A stretch of 64,000 nucleotides of DNA from Octopus sinensis (taxonomy: Eukaryota), in NCBI RefSeq assembly GCF_006345805.1, contig NC_043011.1:57300464-57364463 (forward strand), written 5' to 3'. This document shows, piece after piece, positions 50,090-63,355 of this stretch. Under the pieces are notes generated by a model. It saw only the letters and a program-made list of their open reading frames with translations, was not told where the DNA came from and did not search any database. Position numbers and translations under genes: made by a program. Each line of letters starts with the position of its first letter. Position 1 is the stretch's first letter.

Positions 50090-50469
50090 GGAGGCGCAAT
50101 GGCCCAGTGGATAGGGCAGCGGACTCGCGGTCGTAGGATCGCGGTTTCGATTCCCAGACCGGGAGTTGTGAGTGTTTATTGAGCGAAAACATCTAAAACT
50201 CCACGAGGATCCGGCAGGGGATGGTGGTGATCCCTGCTGTACTCTTTCACCACAACTTTCTCTCACTCTTACTTCCTGTTTCTGTTGTACCTGTATTTCA
50301 AAGGGCCGGCCTTGTCACTCTCTGTGTCACGCTGAATATCCCCGAGAACTACGTTAAGGGTACACGTGTCTGTGGAGTGCTCAGCCACTTACACGTTAAT
50401 TTCACGAGCAGGCTTTTCCGTTGATCGGATCAACCGGAACCTCATCGTCGTAACCGACGGAGTGCTTCC
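50090..50469 (+). mobile_element. SINE family C (tail 1)
   Basis: ~95% identical to the reverse complement of 49071-49450. Confidence 0.92.
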
Positions 50470-50922
50470 TCCTCCATACACACACACACACGCACGCACA
50501 CTAACATACACTCACTCACACACACACATACATACACTAACACAAACACACACACACTCACACACGCACACACAGAGACTGTCTATAATATAAACACACA
50601 CTCACTCCAAGTTTGACCAGCAGAAAACCGCCCAGAGGGCGGTCATTCTGTTAGTAATAATAGTAATAATAATTCGAGAAAATATGTCAGAGAAATCGGA
50701 ATTGATGTCGGAAAATGTCAGAGAGATTAAAGTTAACGTGAAAGCAGAGCCGTTAATCTATTTGGTATGCCTAAGATCTTCGGCATTGTATCCACAGAGT
50801 CTTTGAAATTGTCCCGAGTGTACTCATAACAAAAAGGATAATTTTGATAGGATGGGTTTGAAATAAACATCAACAGCTTCCTTTTATAATTCAATAAGTG
50901 TTCTTCTCCCTCTAAGAAAGAG

Positions 50923-50989
<67 letters not shown>

Positions 50990-50994
50990 GAGAG

Positions 50995-51130
50995 AGAAAG
51001 AGATGTGCTGAGAAAGTTGTTGTGCGTCTGAACTGCGGACAGGAGCTGAGATATAATTACACACAACCCGATCGTCAAAGATGTATGTGGTGGAGAACAA
51101 CAGCGACAATGATGATGATGATGATGATAT
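50995..51130 (+). repeat. Unclassified dispersed repeat (second copy at 62060-62185)
   Basis: AGAGATGTGCTGAGAAAG.TGTTGTGCGTCTGAACTGCGG...GGTGGAGAACAA.AGCGACAATGAT at both loci, each after (GA)n. Confidence 0.8.
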
Positions 51131-51518
51131 GCATGAATGGATTGGCAACAGTGTGCATTGGGAAGTTAGACCACTTTGTGGATTCGAAGTGTGAGAAAAA
51201 TGGCAGGAATACGAGTGAGAGGCTGTGAGAGTGAATGGCAATTACAGGGTTTTATGGGCTTTCTCTATGAAGACTGACCACAGTGCTGGGGCAAGGGGAC
51301 CGGAAATGACCGTAGATGACAACCCCCGCCAAAATACAAACAAACAAAAAGCGATAAAAAGAATAAACGAACAACGTAGGATCATAAACTTTGTAATATA
51401 TGAAAGCAGAATGGATATCAAAGAAAATGATGATAATAATAATTGTTCCAAGTTTTAGCACAAGGCGAGCAATGTTAGGGGGAGGGGCAATCGATCACAT
51501 CGATCACAGTACGTAATT

Positions 51519-51719
51519 ACTCTTTTACTTGTTTCAGTCATTTGACTGCGGCCATGCTGGAGCACCGCCTTTAGTCGAGCAACTCGACCCCGGGACTTAT
51601 TCTTTGTAAGCCCAGTACTTATTCTATCGGTCTCTTTTGCCGAACCGCTAGGTGACGGGGACGTAAACACACCAGCATCGGTTGTCAAGCAATGCTAGGG
51701 GACAAACACAGACAAACAA

Positions 51720-51752
<33 letters not shown>

Positions 51753-51926
51753 CATATATACGACAGGCTTCTTTCAGTTTCCGTCTACCAAATCCACTCA
51801 CAAGGCATTGGTCGGCCCGAGGCTATAGCAGAAGACACTTGCCCAAGATGCCACGCAGTGGGACTGAACCCGGAACCATGTGGTTGGTAGGCAAGCTACT
51901 TACCACACAGCCACTCCTGCGCCTAT
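51519..51926 (-). mobile_element. Young SINE family A nested inside a SINE D copy
   Basis: D sequence at 51452-51518 resumes at 51927-51970. Confidence 0.88.
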
Positions 51927-52820
51927 TGGTGCTTTATTTTATCGATCGACCCTGAAAGGTTGAAAGGCAAAGTTGATCGGGAGTCGAAACTACGACCTTG
52001 CGATCGTGGGTGCAACACCCTAAACACTAGGCCATATATATGATGTTAAAAGTGTTTGGGGAATTATAATAAATGAAACTGAAATTATATAATAACTCAA
52101 TTTTATCGACCTTTGAGAGAAGCGAGCTAAAGTTAACCGTTTCAATTTAAAGACAATGTTATATCTTAACGCCCGATTTCATACAATTTGCATCAGCTCT
52201 TCGATGCAATAGAATATATTGATGTTTCGTTTAGTCAATTTGTTTGAACTATACTAATCCCAGCCGGCAGGAGTTTGTCATGGCATTGTTTCATCAATTT
52301 TTATTTAAAATAAGTTAGAATACGTGCGGTAGTGTCTATAACCATTGTGAGCCCCACTAGACTGATGTAAGCAATCCAACGACGGAGCTTATAAGTGGTA
52401 GATTAACAAGCTAGAAAAGCAGCTAAATCTCTCTCAAATCACACATTGTCTTTTTTCTTAAAAAAAAAAACGACGGAGGGACACACTAGTTAACGTAGTC
52501 TTAGATACGTAGTCTTAAACAGAATGGTCATGGATGGAATACTTTTGATCACATCGTACTGTCAATTACTTTCCTAAAAAAAAAGGAAGTAATTGGATAA
52601 AGCAGTTTGACATATATCTGAAAAAAAAATATCTGTTTGGTCACAGCTGGAACGTTTTTAGGCATTATCGATCAAAGCTGAGCTTTCTGCCCCCAACAGA
52701 AAATAGGGAGTCATAAAATCATATTACTACGAACACCAGGTCCCCAAAAGAAACAGTCGAAGGTTATATTTTTCGAAAAGAACATTGGTCGAAAGCATAG
52801 AGGCTGAAAGACAAATTAGT

Positions 52821-52858
<38 letters not shown>

Positions 52859-53482
52859 GTAACAAATTTGTAAAAATCATGGCGGAATATACGACGAAAA
52901 GCTAATATTTCTTTTCAAAAAATGGTTGAAAATATATAAAAATGATACAAAGATTTTATTCATGATATTTTTGGAGTCCTTAAATTTAGAAACTGTTAAT
53001 ATATAAGTCAGAGTTTATAGATTTTATATAATCTACACGTTTTGATGTCGAGTTAAGCTAGTTATTTTGTGATAAGCATAAAATAAAAATATTCACAAAA
53101 TAATTGAGACTGTCTATAAAGGGATCAATCAAATACTTAATATTCATTAAACTTCCTGGTCTTGTGCCTGCTTTAGAAGTAAGTATTACAAAGGTGACGG
53201 GTAGCCTAGCAATGAACTCATAGATCATAGAACGTAAGAGTTTGCGGTAAACTATGCCATGCTCCATCGAGCACATCATCCTTCAAAGATCAATGAAATA
53301 GGTATTAGTCAAATTATTGGGTAGATCTAATTGACTACATTCTGCCCATAAAAGTTTTGTGATTCGATGCTTCTGCTGAAAACCATTTTTAATGCTACAA
53401 CCAGGAAAGTAGTTAGAATATCCAGAATTTATTCTATATTGGGCGCTATACGTAAAGAAAACACACACACACACCACACACA

Positions 53483-53521
<39 letters not shown>

Positions 53522-53639
53522 CACACACACACACAACACACACACACAACAGAAGTGTATGTAATTTAAAATTACAGTGGGTTGTTTAAAAACTACATAA
53601 ATATCATAACCACAGTGACAAGATTAAAACGGATTATCT

Positions 53640-53879
53640 TTTATTCTTTTACATGTTCCAGTCATTCGACTGTGGCTATGCTGGGGCACTGCCTTGAAAT
53701 TTTAGTCGAACGAATAGCTACCCCACCTCCCCACTTTATAAAGCCTGCTACTTATTCAATCTGTTTCTTATGTCGAACCGATGTTACAGGGATGCAAACA
53801 CCCAAACACCGGCTGTCAAGCGGCGGCAGGGAACTAACACAGATACAAAGTAGGTGACAAACACAGACACAAAGATACA

Positions 53880-53958
<79 letters not shown>

Positions 53959-54116
53959 GTAACGGGCTTCTTTCAGTTTCCATCTACCAAATCTCACAAG
54001 GTTTTGGTCGGCTGATGTTATAGTACAAGACTCTTGCCCAAGGTACCACGCAGTGGGACTGAGCCCATAACCATGAGGTTGGGAACCAACCTTCTTATAG
54101 CCACGCCTGCGCCTAT
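53640..54116 (-). mobile_element. SINE family A, diverged
   Basis: Both halves, internal (CA)n. Confidence 0.82.
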
Positions 54117-54430
54117 TGTTGCTTAAATAATATTATATAAATAATATCATTAAGGTTGCAAAATTAGAATGAGTTACTTAGAAATATATTTTTGACATTC
54201 GCGTCTTTTTTTTTGTGATGTATTTGATGTCGGTCAATATGTTTTCGATGAATTGCTCTTTCGGCAAAATTGTCTTTGTCTGTGTGTTGGCCAATTTGTC
54301 TTTCGGCCAATATGCTCTCGTCTTACGTGTTTTGCGACGAGTGTGTTTTTGATGAACATCCTGGCTAAAAAGAAAAGAAAACCCACAACAGCAACATCAA
54401 TGACAAGATCAAGAAGAAGAACAACAGCAA

Positions 54431-54800
54431 GTGGAGGCGCAATGGCCCAGTGGTTAGGGCAGCGGACTCACGGTCGGAGGATCGCGGTTTCGATTCCTAG
54501 ACCGGGCGTTGTGTGTGTTTATTGAGCGAAAACACCTAAAGCTCCACGAGGCTCCGGCAGGGAGTGGTGGTGACCCCCTCTTGTCTTCTTTCGCTCCAAC
54601 TTTCTCTCACTCTTTCTCCCTGTTTCTTGTCCCCGACTTCCTACGCAACCGCTGAGCCTGGATGCGCATTCATCCATCCGTCGATGCTCTCGGTGTCGGG
54701 GGTTGACCTGCTCCCTCTTCTGCAGGTCTTACGAATAGCAAAGGACCACGTTTCGGACTTCTCCCACTGCGAGCTCTGGGACGAAGACCGCTTTACTCAA
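54431..54800 (+). mobile_element. SINE family C head with alternative tail (type 2) ending in (CAA)n
   Basis: Matches 50090 for ~190 nt, then has an unrelated 3' half. Confidence 0.85.
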
Positions 54801-55339
54801 CAACAATAGCAACAACAGCAGCAACAAGATCAATGCAGTTGATGTTGTGCAATGAGAGCAAGAACAGAAAGTGAGTCGGAGAGTATGTCCCGCATCCTTT
54901 AAACAGAATGGACTCCGCTTAAGACATTCGATAAAGAAGTAGCAGTAGTACCGGTGGTGCTAAATAGGGCGGCTTGTTAATCCTATCACACAAAAAGAGA
55001 TTATCTAATCCCGTATTCTGTCTATGAATTAATTTGCTGAATGAGAAATGTTATACGGTTTTATTATTCGCTCCGATTGTCTGCCGTCCTTGTGAGGATT
55101 AACAGAAGTATTTTTAGCTAATGCATCGAGATTTTTATGAACGACCCAAAACGGCACCAGATTTAACTCTCAAAAAGAACTATTGTCTTTTACTTTTCTT
55201 CTTTCTTTCTTTCCTTCCTTCCTTCCTTCTTTCCTTCCTATTTCTTTTTCTTTTTTTCTTTCTTGTTTTTTTTTTTTGTCTTTGGCGTCTCTGTCAAAAG
55301 AGAATTGGAAAAAACTTATTTAGCTGTTGAGGATTTCAG

Positions 55340-56100
55340 ATTTCTTACTTTTATAGAAAAGATTGAGAGACAGGGAGAAGAAAAAGAAAAGGAAATAAGA
55401 TAGAGAGAGAAAGGGATAGAAAGAGAGAAGAGAGAGAGAGAGAGAGTGAGAGTGAGAGAGAGAGTGGTTGAGAGGTAAACGAATAATAGGAAGAGAGGGA
55501 GAGAATCTGAGAGAAAAAGGGAAAGCGAAATTAGAGAAAAACAGGATAGACTGAAGGGGATGAAAGAGAAAATGTGAGAGGGAAGGAGTGAGAGAAAGAG
55601 AGGGAGAGAGCGAAAGAGAGAGGGAAAGAGAGGGTGAGAGAAAGAGAGAGAGGGAAAGAGACAAAGAGAGGGAGAGAGAAAGAGAGAGAGAGAAAAGGAA
55701 AGAGAGGGAGAGAGAGAAAGAGAGAGGGAGAAAGAGACAAAGAGAGGAAGAGAGAAAGAGAGAGAGAAAAGGAAAGAGAGAGAGAGAGAGAGAGAGAGGC
55801 GTAACTAAATAAATTGATTGACAGGGAGAAAAAGAATGGAGTTAGGGAGAAACCGATGATAAAGAGGAAAGAGAGAGAGAGAGAGTGAAAGAGAGAGAAA
55901 GGGAGAGAGAGTGTGAGGGAGAGAGAGGGTGGAGTAGAAGAGCGATGGAAGACTAAGGGGAAGATGGAGGGAAATAGGATGAAAGTGAGGTGAAGAGGAA
56001 GAAATAGACGGAGGAAAATAGTGAGATAGATTGATAGTGAGACAGACAGACAGACAGATAGGTAGACCAAGAGATAAACAGACAGATGGATATAAAAGGG
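55340..56100 (+). repeat. Long GA-rich polypurine tract
   Basis: Direct observation. Confidence 0.9.
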
Positions 56101-56799
56101 AGATCGATACATAGCAAGACCTTGTGCGCGCGTGCGTGTGTGTATGTACGCGTGAAAATGAAAATAGTAAAACGAGACATAAAGAATGATTAGTGTGAAA
56201 CCGACGACCTATTTTGGAAAAACACTGAAAACAGTAGAAAAAATGTGTTTTTTTTCTTGCTCCTTTAGAGCGAAACAAAAGCGATTTTAAGGAGCAATTT
56301 TATGTTTAATCACACGTAGGATGTTGTTGTTTTTTTAGTTTATTATTTGATGATAACTATCATCTTTCTTGGAATTGTTCAATTAGACAGCCTTGTTGGA
56401 CATTTTGTTCCAGTCTAATGGAAAGAAGAATCACAAATACTGCGGAAGTTTACTTAACTAAATCAATGAAAGGCTTTCTAGAAATAATAAGGTAAAAATA
56501 GTTTTGGAATCACATTATGCAAGTACGTAACATAACACACACACACACACGTACACGCACACACACACACGCGAACGCACACACACACACACACAGAAAC
56601 ACGTACACGCACATACACCCACCCTTTGACAAGCACAAGGTGGGGCTGCGTTCATTGGAGAAAAGCAGGGCTTTCCACTTATTACCTCTGTCCGGTGAAT
56701 CATATTTTCTTGAGATTGTAAGATCACTTATATTATTTCATTCTGGGAGAAAATTGTGGAACAACATTTGGGATTGAAATGAAACGTGCAAGAAATACA

Positions 56800-56850
56800 G
56801 GATATATATATATATATATATACATACATACATATATATATAATATATAT

Positions 56851-56908
<58 letters not shown>

Positions 56909-56919
56909 ATATATATATA

Positions 56920-56950
<31 letters not shown>

Positions 56951-56963
56951 CTAAATGTATATT

Positions 56964-56996
<33 letters not shown>

Positions 56997-57011
56997 ATAT
57001 ATATATTATAT

Positions 57012-57066
<55 letters not shown>

Positions 57067-57087
57067 GTATATATATATTATATATAA

Positions 57088-57176
<89 letters not shown>

Positions 57177-57190
57177 CATATATATAAGTT
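56800..57190. repeat. Degenerate (TA)n tract (one of many in the window)
   Basis: Direct observation. Confidence 0.95.
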
Positions 57191-57644
57191 ATCAGCAAAA
57201 TTTCGGGAGAGAAAGAGAGTAAAAAAGAAATGGAAAGAAACAATGGAAATTTTATTTTTTAAATGTACAGTTTTATTAAAGGTGAAAATAGAAAATCTTG
57301 TAAATTTTCATAACAGAAATATTCCAGTTCACGTTTTTTTTTTTTTTTTACGTTTTTATTTTATTCTAGGTTCAAGAGTTTAATAATTAATATAGAAAAT
57401 TCTTTCATTCCACCGTCCTTCCCCACCCCCCCACTGTTTCTCCTTCCATCGCCGCCGCCGCCGCCGCCGCCACCAACCGATGTTATTTTATTACAGAAAT
57501 GAATTTTAGATAATGGATCTTTATTGATTTTATAAACCTCCTTTTGCTGAAGAAATATAAAATAAATAAACGTAAATAAGCAATAGAAAAGTCTACTTTC
57601 AACACATTCCTTCTTCCAAAATTATCATCATCATCATCATCATC

Positions 57645-57698
<54 letters not shown>

Positions 57699-58013
57699 GC
57701 TATTATTTTTTGAAATTTTATAAGCGTTTACCCTCTTAAATATCTTGCTTTTTAGAAAATACTCCTTCCTTCCTTCTTTCCTTCCTTCCTTCCATCTAAA
57801 TTCTCCACGACCACAATGTCGATTTATCACATGCATTAAATGACTGTTTTGTGGGAGAGAATTGTGAAATTTCGACAAAATTTTTGTTTTAGATTTTCGT
57901 CTTTTGCTTTCACTAATGACACAATAGAATTGACCGGATATCCGGGCGGATAACGTATCGACCATTCAGATTTGAGATATGTGGTTCGTATGCTAATTCC
58001 TGCGCACCGGGAT

Positions 58014-58162
58014 CAGTGACGAAGCTAGAGTGTGCAAACCTTGAGTTTGCCACCGCCCCCCGGGCCTTCCAAGCCTATGAAGCGGACCTAGAAGTGCCTC
58101 AGCTTCATCAAAGAGTCCCCCAAGGCGGGTTGTCCCTCGTTCCCCGTCTAGTTACATCACTT
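58014..58162. mobile_element. Possible hAT-like MITE (~150 bp)
   Basis: Imperfect TIRs CAGTGACGAAGCTAG / CTAGTTACATCACT; the TSD is degenerate at best. Confidence 0.4.
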
Positions 58163-59109
58163 ACGAGATGATGATATGATTATGATAAAGCATTGCCCAA
58201 GGCCTCTATGTCTCCTAAATAGTTCAGTCAGTGTTACCAAACTTTGCTAATAAGGTTGTTGTAATATAACCTAAAGTCAACTAGGATATTCGGATCTAAA
58301 ACATTCCTGTCGTGGCAACCCTGTCTGCGGGGATACCAAGATTACATGATACAATGGACCTATGAGCGTTGTCCGAAAACAGTACTGTGTGATTTAAGGG
58401 AGATTTGCCTGCTGTTTCTGGAACTGTTATAACCTAATAATAATAATTGTTGATGTTTGGCTGAAGGTATACCCCGATGAGCAGAGCTATAGTCAAAGAC
58501 ACTCTAACCGCAACCATCCTGTGTTTTACCTATGTGCAGAGAACCAAAGATGACACTATACTTTTAACGCTTTATTTTTACCCTTTCTGTTTTACTGACG
58601 GAAGAATAGCATCTGGAATGTCAAAGAATCTTTTCCTTTTTTTCAATATAATAACAACACCATTGTTAAACTTGCCCCTCCTATTATCTAATGTAACCGT
58701 TTCTAAGCCCTTAGACGATGTTGATGGGGGTAGAACTGAGGGTATTTGGTTGCTATTTCTATATTCGTGATAGTCTGATAGTCTTTGTTATTTTTAACCT
58801 TCTCCATATTAACAGACATATGATCAAAGGAACTATTTCACCTTTTTGCTTATCTAGGACTACATTATTTAATCTATGCTTACCTTCTAAGCACGTAAAG
58901 ACGTGTAATTTTGAGGGATATTTAGTTGCTATTTCGAATAAGCAGGAAGACCACATAAAGGCTCTCCTGACTCATTTTCGGCATGGTCATTTTGAAGATA
59001 ATTTTTCAATATACACAATACCATAAACATTAATTTTTACATTTCAATGTATTCTCCTTCTTTGCAGATTACTTTCTACCATATTGATTAAATTCGTATC
59101 GATTTTTCC

Positions 59110-59260
59110 TTATTAAAATGAATTTAGATTGGAACTATATCGGACACTGCATGCTGTATGAATTCAAAAGGGACTCTTTAGCAATGGAATCGACAAGAAA
59201 TATTCGTTGTGTCTATAGGAATGAAGCTTTAAGTGTTCGGATGATTCTACATAGTCACTC
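59110..59260 (+). pseudogene. Mariner N-terminal relic
   Basis: YIGHCMLYEFKRDSLAMESTRNIRCVYRNEALSVR. Confidence 0.6.
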
Positions 59261-59789
59261 GGTTTCCTAGAAACAACAGCTAAAATTGACACAAATAAGA
59301 TCTTGCCGTCTTATAAAAAAAGAGGGGCATAGTGGGTAATGCGTTCCTAGATGCACGATATCTGAGAAAAGGATGAGGGAGTCATCACTGATATGCGTTT
59401 GGCTACAGGCAACAGTAAAACCCATCACCAGCATGGAGAGGAGGAGGAGGAGGTAAATAAAAGCAAATAAGTGACAATAGAAGTGGTGGTGGATCTCCGT
59501 CGTTCGACGCGCAGATTCAGTTGTTCGATCGACTGATTAATATGCTCCTGAATTAACTTGTAAAAGTAGCTGAATATTCCACAGACCTATGTACTCCAGA
59601 ATCTGTGTGACAACGTGTGATAAGGCAGTACCTGTCAAACATCACCCCACTCATACCTGTACGACCACCATTTTTACTGGTGTCACTTTCGTCGAACAAA
59701 GATCGATCGGCAATTTACACGGTAGAGTCTACATAAACTTACATTTCTAAGCCGTTCATTTTTGATGAGGTGCCTTTCTGCTCGAAATA

Positions 59790-59965
59790 TACAAAGAATC
59801 GTTAGCACGCCGCGCAAAATACTTAACGGCATTTCGCATGTCTTTACTTTCTGAGTACAAATCCCGCCGAGGTTGTCTTTGCTTTTCGGGGTCGATAAAA
59901 TAAGTTAAAAACTGGGGTCGACCAGCCACCTCCTTCAGAATTGCTGGCCTTGTGTCAAAATTTGA
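59790..59965 (+). mobile_element. SINE family D, diverged
   Basis: GAATCGTTAGCACGCCG...GGGGTCGATAAAATAAG...GCTGGCCTTGTG. Confidence 0.75.
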
Positions 59966-60264
59966 GTTTATTATCATGGACTTGTGCCTACGTTAGAAAC
60001 ACTGATCTCTTCTTATCTGTTAGGGTTTTTGTTTCTCTTCGTTTTAACATCTACAAATTGAAAAGCTTCTAGTTAAACACTGCAATTAAGTAAAGTAATT
60101 AGAAGAAACGCAGTAATTGACTATGTAATTGAATAATGATTTTCTCTTCTAAAAACAAAAGCAAAACAAAAAAAAGAACAACCCCTGAGGAATAAACTAA
60201 AAGATTTGTCTGATTTCTACAGATAAGTGGTGCTGGGTCCATGGCCATGTGTTTTTATGTTTTA

Positions 60265-60652
60265 CTAGCAGTATCGCCCGGCGTTGCTCGGGTTTGTAAG
60301 GGAAATAACTATATAAGCATTTTTAGAGAGTTATAGCAAAAAAATACATTAAAAATGGAAAAAAAATGATGGTAAATATTTTAAAAAATCGTTGACTCAT
60401 CGTAGACATTTTTAGAGAGTTACTTCCCTTATATAATAGCGAAAAAAATGCATTAAAATGGAAAAAAATGATGGTAAATTTTTTTAAAAATCGTAGACTC
60501 ATCGTAGACGCGCGCTAATACCCAGAAGGGCTCGATATAAATCACGTCTATAAGATACCCGGTTTTGGTTAAACTGCACCGCAAAATGTGGGAGTAGTTA
60601 GGAATCTAAATCGTAGGAGACAGACACACAACTTGACTTTTATATATAAAGA
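60265..60652 (-). mobile_element. Non-autonomous Helitron (same family as 34298-35135) with an internal ~90-bp tandem duplication
   Basis: A|TC...hairpin...CTAG|T ends; no helicase insert. Confidence 0.88.
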
Positions 60653-60789
60653 TATTCCCGACTTCCTTCCATAACTTTTCGAGGAACCTCGCATCGCCTC
60701 ATATACTTTTATCTAAGAGTTCACTTGTTATTACCGTGACTTCATCGACCGAATTAGCATGATTTGGAATTCGATTCAAAGCTTCGCCT

Positions 60790-61270
60790 CCACGAATTCT
60801 TCCTCCTCTTCATCCCTTTCCAATTTTTTTTTCTTTCTGTTGTTGTATTTCGTTTGTTATTTCTTCCTTTTTCCTTATCTGTCTCATCCTTTTCTCTCTT
60901 TTTCGCTCTCTACTTACATCTCTCTCTCTCTCACCTTCATCATCTCTATATCACCCTTCCCCTCTCTCTCTCCCTCTCTTTCCCTTGTCTGTCATCCCTC
61001 TTCGTCCTTTCGACCGATACTCACGTTTCTCCCTTTCTCTCTCCTCCCGTGTATTACTCTTTCTCTCCTCGTCTCTTTCATCTTCTCTCTCACTATTTTT
61101 CTCTCCACGTCCATATCACTCTTTCTCTCACACTTCTCGACTCAACCGTTCTCCGTGTCTCTTTCTCCTCTCTCTCTCTATCTCTCTCTTCCCCTCTTTC
61201 TTCCTCTCACCCTCTTCCCAACCCTCTCCGTTTCCTCCCTCATCCTTTTCCTCCCCCCTACCATCTTTCT
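60790..61270 (+). repeat. CT-rich polypyrimidine tract
   Basis: Direct observation. Confidence 0.85.
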
Positions 61271-61409
61271 CTACTTACATTTATTCCTACCGTTCTACAG
61301 CTGACACTTTTCCGACATGACCATTAACTACATCGTCTGCTGTAATCAGTTGTTCAACCATCAAACACATGCACATATCATTAAACAACAACACTTCATT
61401 CTTCACAAT

Positions 61410-61555
61410 CTTCCTCCTCCTCTTCTTCTTCTTCTTTTTCTTCTTCTTCTTCTTCTTCTTCTTCTTCTTCTTCTTCTTCTTCTTCTTCTTCTTCTTCTCT
61501 TCTTCTTCTTCTTCTTCTTCTTCTTCTTCTTCTTCTTCTTCTTCTTCTTCTTCCC
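61410..61555 (+). repeat. (CTT)n microsatellite
   Basis: Direct observation. Confidence 0.95.
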
Positions 61556-62013
61556 CCGTCCCCTTCCCCCTCTTTACCTTACTCCCTCCCCACCAGCCGC
61601 AACCTCCGGTCTCCTGTCCTTCTTTTGAATTGCTAGTAAAATTATAACGCACAGCTGTCAAGATTAAACACGAAATTGAAAGCCAGGACAAATGTTCTTA
61701 TTTTTCCCGATAGATGTTAATTATTTTCTGTGAGCGATAGTCATTTGTTTTGACAGGTTTTTCACTTGTAGATAAAAGTTGTTCTTTTATTTCCTTCCAC
61801 TAGTCTACTCAAACTATTTAACATCCAGAGAACGGCGCATAACTAATAGACATTTCATTATCATCATCCTGTGCCATACTCTGCCACAGCCTCGGCGACC
61901 ATATTCTTCCTTGCAATGGAATGGGAAAGTGGCTGGCTGTCTTGGGGGTACAGGGTTATTGCTGTGACTCGTTCTCCATCATGTCCTTCTTACTGTACAG
62001 TGCAGCGGATTTT

Positions 62014-62062
<49 letters not shown>

Positions 62063-62487
62063 TAAGAGATGTGCTGAGAAAGGTGTTGTGCGTCTGAACT
62101 GCGGGCAGAAGCTGAGATATAAATACATACATCCCGATCGTAAAAGATTTATGTGGTGGAGAACAATAGCGACAATGATAATGATGAAAGAGAGAGAGAG
62201 AGAGCTAATACTTGACCTGTACTATATATTTCATCCAGCCAGGAGGGACGAAAGGCAAAGTTAATTTTAATGAAATTTGAACTCAGAGTACAAATAATTG
62301 GAACAAAGCGCTGTTTCGAACAAGGCCGGAAATAAGAGAGAAGTACTTAAGCAATCAAATCGATCTCACAACTTGATCAGGGAAGCATGGACGAGAAAAC
62401 TGAAATCATCGGTGCAGAAGGAGCTGAAGCAAATAGTGCAATAACATTTTATCTGACGCTATCACGATTGTGCAAATCCACCCCCAT

Positions 62488-62552
<65 letters not shown>

Positions 62553-62570
62553 ATAATAATAATAATAATC

Positions 62571-62784
62571 ATTTCTACTATAGGCACAAGGCCTGGATTT
62601 TGTGGGGAGCGGGAAGTCGATCACATCTACCCCAATACTCAACTGGTACTTGATTTATCGATCCCGAAATGATGAAAGGCAAAGTCGACTTCGGCGGAAT
62701 TTGAACTCAGAACGTAGCGGCAGATGAAATACCGCCCGAGCATTCCGTCCGACGCGCTAACGATTCTTCCAACTCACCGCCTTA

Positions 62785-62841
<57 letters not shown>

Positions 62842-63057
62842 CATGGTTTCAAATTTCGGCATAAGGCCAGCAGTTTGTAGAGAGTGACTAAGGCGATTAA
62901 TCGACTATATTGCTCAACTGTTACTTAGTTTATTAACCCCGAAAGGATGAAAGGCAAAGTCGACCACGGCGGAATTTGAACTCCGAACATAAAGCCGGAC
63001 GAAATGCCGCTAAGCAATTTGTCCGACGTGCTAACAATTCTACCAAATCGCTCTCTT

Positions 63058-63089
<32 letters not shown>

Positions 63090-63300
63090 TTTTCTACAGT
63101 AGGTACAAGGTTTGAAACTTGTGCGGAAGGGGATAATGAATTACATCGACGCCAGTGCATCACTTGTACTTAATTCATCGACACCGAAAGGATGAAAGGC
63201 AAAGTCGACCTCGGCGGAATTTGAACTCAGAACGCAAAGACGGACCAAATGCCGCCAAGCACTTTGCCCGGCGTGCTAACGATCCCGCCAGCTCAACGCT
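62571..63300 (-). mobile_element. Head-to-tail trimer of SINE D separated by (AAT)n/(ACT)n
   Basis: Copies at ~62571-62785, ~62842-63055 and ~63088-63300. Confidence 0.9.
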
Positions 63301-63355
63301 GTAATAATAATAATAATTATAATAATAATAATAATAATATCAATAATAATAATAA

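Noticed and set aside
50090-50165. tRNA-like sequences with A and B boxes (also 14723, 48558, 49380-49450, 54431)
   Set aside because: They continue into SINE bodies with TSDs and lack a complete cloverleaf; SINE heads, not tRNA genes.
59045-59100. Strong-looking acceptor tccttctttgcAG
   Set aside because: Lies at the leader of a mariner relic; stops follow in all frames and there is no donor.
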